From the human T2T-CHM13v2.0 reference genome, Homo sapiens: 64,000 nt of DNA. Positions within the stretch are counted from its first letter, which is position 1; every line of letters starts with the position of its first letter. Both the position numbers and the translations under genes were made by a program. The stretch is from NCBI RefSeq assembly GCF_009914755.1, contig NC_060938.1; one strand, written 5' to 3'. The notes beneath the pieces were generated by a model. That model was not told the origin of the DNA, did not search any database, and saw nothing but the letters and a program-made list of their open reading frames with translations. Below, one piece after another: positions 55,722-64,000 of the stretch.

Positions 55722-56290
55722 AGTTGCTGCTACCTTAGAGAAATACACAGCTGAGAAACACAATGTTCCTATTCTCACAGCAATATGAACATCAGCTAAA
55801 CTGGAAAAGCTGCACATTATAAACTGTCTTCAACACATCACGTAACTGAAGTTGTAGAATTTTGCGTGTGTGTGAGTTTGTGAGTGAGAGAGAAGGAGGG
55901 AAGAAGGGAGAAAGAAAAGATAGAGATCCCACAAAATTGACCATAATTTATGAGGTGCTCATATAAATACAGGGACTCAGAGTCTTAGTGGAAAGGTCCA
56001 CATACGATGGAGAGGACAACTTGATGCACCTACATATGGCTATATATTTATATAAATGCCATTTTCTAATAATACACAGAATCAGGTACATGAGAATAAA
56101 CACGGTGGTGGGTGTCCAGTGGTGAAATACGATGGTGATGCCAAACCCCATCTCCAGCCCCTTGTCCCCCCATTGCACCTGCCTTGATGTGTCCAGAGTG
56201 TTCCCTGGTGTCCTGAGTGCCTCCTGCTCTTTCTGAGCTCCCCTGCAGGGAGGTTTGTATCTGGGCTCACAATGACTTCCCCTCGTTGTG

Positions 56291-56563
56291 TCTTTTGTAT
56301 TAAAATTCATGGTTGTGTACTTGTTGCTCAGGTAGCTCAGCTACAGGAAACACTGTTTTTTGGATGTGGATCTGGAGATAGTGACTGGACTCTTGAGGAG
56401 TGGGTTGGAATGTGCACTCCCTCATGACCTGTGCACCTGATTCGCTCCAGTCCCTTCCTTGCGGGGGGTGATGGATGCAGCTCCAGCAGGAAGCACTGGT
56501 TGTGATGGAGAATGCAGAGACAGCACAGGTGAGAGAGAGGGTCTGTGAGAGCTTCACTAGCCC
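56291..56563 (-). pseudogene. IGHVII-65-1: IGHV(II)-65-1, 5'-truncated clan II V pseudogene
   Basis: GLVKLSQTLSLTCAVSAFSITT...; RSS CACAACG - 23 - ATACAAACC (56252-56290). Confidence 0.85.
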
Positions 56564-57294
56564 AAGAGTGCAGGAGAAACACAGTTGTTGGCATGCACAA
56601 GTTCTGAACAACATTTTGAAATTCACAAATATGCACATTTTGATCCATAAATAATAACAGGATGGTATTGGCATTAATATATAGAGAGAGCTCAGAAATA
56701 AACTAATATATCTACAGCAAACTGATTTTCAGCATGAGAACTAACAATATACAATGGATGAATCAAAGTCTCTCCCTAAGAGGGTGTTAGAAAAACTGAA
56801 TCTACACATGCAAAGAATTAAGAATTTTAGTTTAGATTAAATACCAAAATTTACTCTAAATGGGCGAAATACTTAAACGTATGGCTTGCAATTGTAAAAT
56901 TTCCCCCACCCAGAAAATAATATTAAGAATGATTTCCTATATTTCAAATTAAAGGCACAGACAATAAAAGCAGAATTGAACAAGCAGAACTACATCACAG
57001 CAAAAAGATGCTGCAAAGCATGGAAAAAATTTCCAACCCACAGAAAGAGAGAATATAATTATAAGCTGTGCATCTGAAAAAGTGTTAATATCCAAAATGT
57101 ACATGCAACTTCTACAACTCATTAGCAAAATCATAATTGGGTGATTGTACAGTGGTCAGTTTTGCACCTTAAAACACTTAAGAAATCGATCTCATGTTAA
57201 AGATTCTTCCCTCTGGGTAATGGTAAGTTTGATGGTACACTTGGTTAGGGTAGACTTTGTAGTTATTCAATCCAACATTAATATAGGTGATGTT

Positions 57295-57710
57295 GGCCGG
57301 GCACAGTAGCTCACATCTGTAATCCCAGCACTTTGGGAGGCTGAGATCATGAGTTTGAGACCAGCCAGACCAATATTGTGAAACCCCATCTCTACTAAAA
57401 ATACAAAAATTAGCCGGACTTGGTGGCCTGCACCTGTAATCCCAGCACTTTGGGAGGCTGAGGCGGGTGGATCACCTGAGGTCAGTAGTTTGAGACCAGC
57501 CTGACCAATGTGGTGAAACACTGTCTCTACTAAAAATACAAAAATTAGCCGGATATGGTGGTGTGTGCCTGTATTTCCAGATACTGGGAGGAGGCTGAGA
57601 CAGGAGAACTGCTTGAACTCCGGAGACAGAGGTTGCAGTGAGCCAAGATCATGACATTGCACTCCACCCTGGGTAACAGAGCGAGACTCTGTCTCTCTCT
57701 CTCCCTCTCT
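57295..57710 (+). mobile_element. Trimeric Alu (left-left-right arms) ending in (CT)n
   Basis: Two TCTCTACTAAAAATACAAAAATTAGCCGGA linkers. Confidence 0.85.
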
Positions 57711-58120
57711 TACTATATATATAGTTATGAATTTACTTAATAGATGATATTAATACTGTTATCAATTGACTCTAAGTTAGGTAGATTGTCATTGATAAAA
57801 TTGGTGGGCCTGATTCCATCAGAGCAGAACTGGAGAAAATGAAATTCCACGGCGATTCAGCAGCTTCACTTCTCTCTGGGACCTCCAGTCTGCATTTATT
57901 GATGGCTGATCTTATGGACATTGGAGATTCCTAGACATCTCCAAAAACTGTCATCCTCTATGTCTCACAGAAATGTGGCATGTCCGTCTGCAGCTTGTCA
58001 ACCTGAATAACAGACAGAAAGAGACTCTAAAGTATAATAATATTTTTTCCAGGATGTGCATTTCAATTAAAATATGTATGGGTACATTCAGGTAGGAAAA
58101 GGAAGATAAAAAATTAAGGA

Positions 58121-58336
58121 GAACATGTGGACACAGGGTGGGAAACATCACACACCGGGGCCTGTCATGGGGTGGCGGGAAGGGGGAGGGATAGCATTAG
58201 GAGAAATACCTAATGTAAATGATGAGTTAATGGGGGCAGCAAACCAACATGGCACATGTATACATATGTAACAAACCTGCACTTTGAGCACATGTACCCT
58301 AGAACTTAAAGTATAATTTAAAAAATAATAAAAAAG
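58121..58336 (+). mobile_element. 5'-truncated L1PA 3' end
   Basis: GGAGGGATAGCATTAGGAGAAATACCTAATG...ACCCTAGAACTTAAAGTATAAT; flanking AATTAAGGA repeat. Confidence 0.9.
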
Positions 58337-59286
58337 AGAATTAAGGAAAAATGAGGAGGGTGACAGCAGCTATTTTGAGACAGCGGTGTAAGGTTGAACA
58401 GGCAGTTGCAGGGCAGATTTACTTGGAGAAATAAAGCTTTTAAGGCTGTGGTGGTCTCCGTGTAAAAGGTTGTGGCTGTGCAGAGTCTATTTATGACAGT
58501 TCATCTTATCAGGAATATGTGTTAGAACCCTCCTTCATGGCCTTCCCCAGCTTCATTCATTAGGGTTTTAACACAAGGGGATCCATTTTGTTGCCGATAA
58601 ATTTCACAAGCTCTTTCTAACACTACTTCTGAAGAAGATGACTCTGACAGTGTGCATAGAACAGGGTTAATTCCACATCCACATCCCATTTTGATCAAAT
58701 GAGTTCATCCCCTTCACTACTAACAGCCAATTGCATTCCCAGATGAGTCTACACACAACACAGAGGAGGGCCCTGAGAATATGGAGAGAGAAGGAAATCC
58801 CGTCAGCCTCTCCCACGTGGCTGGAGTAGCCAAGCCTGAGCCTTGCCTGAGTTCTAAGAAAATGCCTTGAGCCCTGGAGTGTAGATCACAGAGACCATGT
58901 GTTTCTTTTTCAGGAAGAAAGAAAAGCAAATAAAAAAGGGAGAACAAACACTCCAAAGAAAGAACATGTATTGGGAGCAAAAGCAGCACCAGATCAGTGC
59001 TGATGCTCATTGGCTTTAGGGTCAGGAGAAGGGTCAGACTTGAACCCTGTGAGCTTCTACAGGACACTGACCCTGGCCCAGCCTCTCTATTGGCTGTGAT
59101 CAGAATCCCTGCCGTTCTGGTCCAGGAATCCCTCTGAGGTTTCTGTCCTGGGCCTGAATGGAGGAGACTCATCAGACACCCGTGAGCTTCCTCAGGACTG
59201 CGATCCTGGTCACAATGGTTGAGAACTTTTCATCTTTGTAAGCATCAATGTGCATTTGGTGCATGAGAGGTTATGTCCTCATATTA

Positions 59287-59984
<698 letters not shown>

Positions 59985-62900
59985 GGCGAGTCCTCTGTGT
60001 TCAGTGCAGATCACTGAATGGAAACACCTCGGAATCCCAGTGCTGGGCTCCTCTCCCAGAGCTGCAGGGTCAGGGCTGGGCTGGTTTTCATCAGCAGAGG
60101 GAGGGCCCTATTTGCATGTCCCCCATTATATAGCAAGCTCTGTGATGGGACATCTGAGGAGAGGCCGGGCCCAGTGCAGATGAAGTCTCCTGGGGGAGAT
60201 TGGTAGTAATTCCATCATTCAGGAAAATATAATTTTATATTATGTGATTGTGCCTTGATTAACATTTAGCTCTCATAATCTGATTTTATTTTTACATATT
60301 TACACAATATATTTAATGCAGCCTTTAATGTTGTATTTTACAGAAGATAATTTACATAGAGAATACAGCAGCTGTGCAGTGCGTCTAAGTTTACACATCT
60401 AAAAAAATGTAATCCTATTATCTGGGCCTGTGCTCTAATCACCGGAGGAGGCAGCTCCCCTGAGACAACTCCAGGGCAGCGTGGACCATGCCTAGTGAAG
60501 TCTGCAGGATTCCCCATCTGTTATGACAACTTTCTGTAATTCACCTAAATATGCAGAGAGAACCATGGTTCATGTGTGTTTTCAGAAGTCAGTCATATTT
60601 CTTCTGTCAATATCAGTCTTTTTATTGCTCCATTTTAGCAAAAATATTCATTTATTTCTTCGTTATTGCTTTATTCAAGTATAATAAATAAATAATTAAT
60701 TCAGATTTATAGGGAATGATTTGAAAAATGTAGAGCTATGTTTGCAGCCATTCACTCGGCACTTCAATCAACTTTTGAATAATTAAATTAATCCCTAAAT
60801 CTTTTTCCTTATTCCTCTGAAACTTAAATCACATCCGCATCATTCCCAACACCATTTTCTCAGAAAAATTTAAGTCTTCTTCATTTTAATTTATGGTAGT
60901 GGCATCTTCTAATATTTCTACAATGAATTATATAAAATTTACTCTTAATTCCTTAGCTTCTTTCACTCAGCACAATTCTTTGAGAATTTAGCCATGTTTT
61001 TTATGATTGAGGCACACCTTGATTCGAAGCTGCATTATATACTGGTACACAAATATATGTCAAACTATTTAATTGTTCACCGTTAGGAAAATGTTATTTT
61101 TTCTCTCAGCTAATGGATTTTATAGAGAAAAGTAGCTACTCAGCATGGGAATGTAAAAAAATGAGTAAACTATGATCTTATTCTGACCTTATTAACAACA
61201 AACCTGAAAAACCACAAATGTGGGAAAAACCTTCAACATATCTGAGTTGATATCACAGAGGAAAAAAATAAACCTTAAATCTGTGGCGAGAGGGGCCTGC
61301 AGAGAGAACCATATATTAGTGTTCCTGGGACAGATACCAACTGGATGTTATTTAAGCTAAGAACCAGCTGACTTGAAAATATTCAGTGAGTTGCTGGAGG
61401 ATGCATGTGCTCATACTGTTAGACTGTGAAGCTCCTGGTGCTTGCAGGCTTTTCCTACAGAATTATTATTAATTATTATTGCTCCACTTTATGCAAATGA
61501 TCAGACCAACCACAAGACTAAAGTTTATTTTGCAAATCACTCAGTCCTATAATGATTAGTTTCTGACAAAAATCAGAACTGGAGAGAGAAAAATTATGTT
61601 TCAAAACATATCATACATTTGTCTTTAAATTACAGTCTCTTCAATTGTTTTAAGTATTTGCCTCCATTTTAGACTAACTCTGCTTATCGCTGTGAACGAA
61701 CCAATGATCTCTGGCTGCAGCTCAGAAGAAACACAGGCATGGGCTATATAAACATCTGGACGAATATTTTAATTCTGAGCAATTATCCTGCAAATCATGC
61801 CAGGTGACTGGAATAAATAGGGTCCCCCTAACCCGGAGGTTTCTTTGTTTGGGAAAATAAGTCCTAGGGAGCTAACGAAAGCCAAGCCCCATGCACCCAA
61901 ATCTTAGCAGGCATAACTACAGCCGCCAGTTATCTGGGTGTGTCAGCAGCCTTGGAATTTTTTTTCAAACTGTCCTTACCACCTTGTTTGGTTTTGATAC
62001 ATGTCTTCTAATAACCTGGTTTGTCTCTTCTCACCTTCAGGCATCAACTCCAAATGGTCATCCAAGTGAAGCCTGGGATAATGGCTCCCTTTTACTAGGT
62101 CCCTTAGACAGACCTCAAGGGAGATCTTCCCAAAACAGCATCCCCTGTCAGCTGGGAGCAGTTAAGGTTGGCCTTTGTCTGTATTCTAACGGCAGTTAGA
62201 TGCGCTTATTCAAAGAGGAAAATGATAGAGGGAGGAGGCAGATAACTCTCCTAGGCAGACAGGGGAGAGTCCCCATAGAATGTCCAACCCACGAAGGTCA
62301 TTGTGCACAGGGGGCTTGCCTAGACGTGCCTGCAGTGAAAATTGTTAAAATTGTCTTTATCATTCTCTGATAAAATAGCCACACATAATAATCCAGCTGC
62401 ATGAAGATAAAAAAATAACTAGTTTGAAATTAGAACAAGTCCCAAGTAAATCAAAGTTAGCATGTGGTTCATAATGTGATAGACAGGAGACATGGCTGAA
62501 TACTAAGAATGTGTTCACATCTATTTTATGTCAAGATCAGGAAAATATTTTGTATATTCTTTAGGTAAGAGTCCCATTGAGAACATCAATTTAAGATTAT
62601 ATATTAATGGATAATACCTCAATAATTAAAACAGAGGTTATTTACCAATAATTTGTATTATTAGCACAAACTTTCATTTAGGATATATTCTCCTATGTGT
62701 TGTGAAATTAACTCAAAAGGCAGAAAACAGTGCACTTATTAGAGCTTTTAAACAAATTAAAAATTAGAATTAAGTATATATGTTCCTAGTTAGTGTAAAA
62801 CTTTGGAATATTTTTGCAAACAAAAAGGGTTCTTATGTCTTCTGGAAATCTTATCAAAGTGGACAACAAGAGAAGAAACTCTCAGATGAATTTCTACCTA

Positions 62901-64000
62901 CTAGAGAACTGATTAATAGAATTTTAAAGTAAATGCTAACACACAAACAAAAAACTAACAGGGAAGCTAAAAAAAATAGTGACTTAATACACCAAACACT
63001 CTAGCTCAATCTAGTTTATAATATAATCTAACCATGGAGGGCATTGTCATTGTTCATATCGGAGATTTTTGGGAAGGCAGGGTCAAAGAATCACTGGAAC
63101 TGGATGCTCGGGTTTAATCTACCTGTCACTCTTTCATTTTTCTTTAATATGAACCCTGTTTTGGTATTTAATGGAACCAACCTTCATCAACAAATAAGTC
63201 CAAGAAGTACATTAAGAGGAGCCTGGCCCGGAGGAAAGTCATAGCTGTCTGCAATCCGTGCACTTAGAGCTAGAATCCTCTGTTCTTAACAATAAGGCAA
63301 AGTGTTCACGTAGAAGGAAAGAAAACACAGGCTACATATTATCAGGGCTGGAGTTCATACTTTCCTGGATGCTGAGCTCAGGTTTTCACTTTGTCCCCCA
63401 ACATCCCACAGACAGGCACCTCATTGTGCCCCTGCAAACTCCCTGTGCAGTGTGGCAAGTGGGTGAAGGTTCACTGTGTCTGGAAAGCATCTGGAGCCTC
63501 CTGCTGACAATGTTGTCACCTGCTCTTGATTCTCCTGCTTCCGTCTCATCTCCTGCAGGGGCTAGTATTTCCAGAGGAACCTCATGACTCCCTGGGACAG
63601 GTCTCCTGGAAAAGTCCCTGTAGAACAATCAACCATTGCTGAGATCTTCTCTGAGGACATACTCAGGTACTCGGCACAACTTTGACTTCAAACACTGGGC
63701 AACGTGTCACAGGGACAAGAAATTGAAGACTTACATGTCTAGTGAAGAGAGATGCAGAGATCCTAAAGAAATTGCAACAGCCAAATGTCATCATCATAAT
63801 CATTTTTATATAGTTATATAATATATATTATATTATATAATTATAAGTATTAATTTTTAAAGTAGTGTATAGTAGTGGGTAACTAGTGGGAGGAGGTTTG
63901 TGTGCAGATTGTCACCTTCCAGAGTGCACTCATCATGGGGTTGACACTGACAAGCACGCATATGGACTTGCTCAGCTGGAGAGTGACAGGCATTTTTATA

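Overview
Germline (unrearranged) human immunoglobulin heavy-chain variable region (IGH, 14q32.33), with all V segments on the minus strand. In order of increasing coordinate: IGHV3-57 (pseudogene), IGHV1-58, IGHV4-59, IGHV3-60 (P), IGHV(II)-60-1 (P), IGHV4-61, IGHV3-62 (P), IGHV(II)-62-1 (P), IGHV3-63 (P), IGHV3-64, IGHV3-65 (P), IGHV(II)-65-1 (P) and IGHV3-66. Names and alleles come from recalled sequences and gene order, not from a database search. The five intact genes have a leader exon, intron, V exon, 23-spacer RSS and octamer promoter. The rest of the window is a mosaic of segmental duplications plus Alu, L1, MaLR and ERV LTR insertions, a tailless 5S rRNA retrocopy and a nested 3'UTR retrocopy. 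This is a well-studied locus and I see no new protein-coding system. The best candidate for an under-described element is a pair of minisatellites built from CTCF-consensus monomers. One of them (48415-48846) is a homogeneous 58-bp higher-order array that has lost its V gene. Other items worth checking are a chimeric IGHV3-62, a GC-AG intron in IGHV1-58, a CDR2 cysteine in IGHV3-66 and locally templated insertions.
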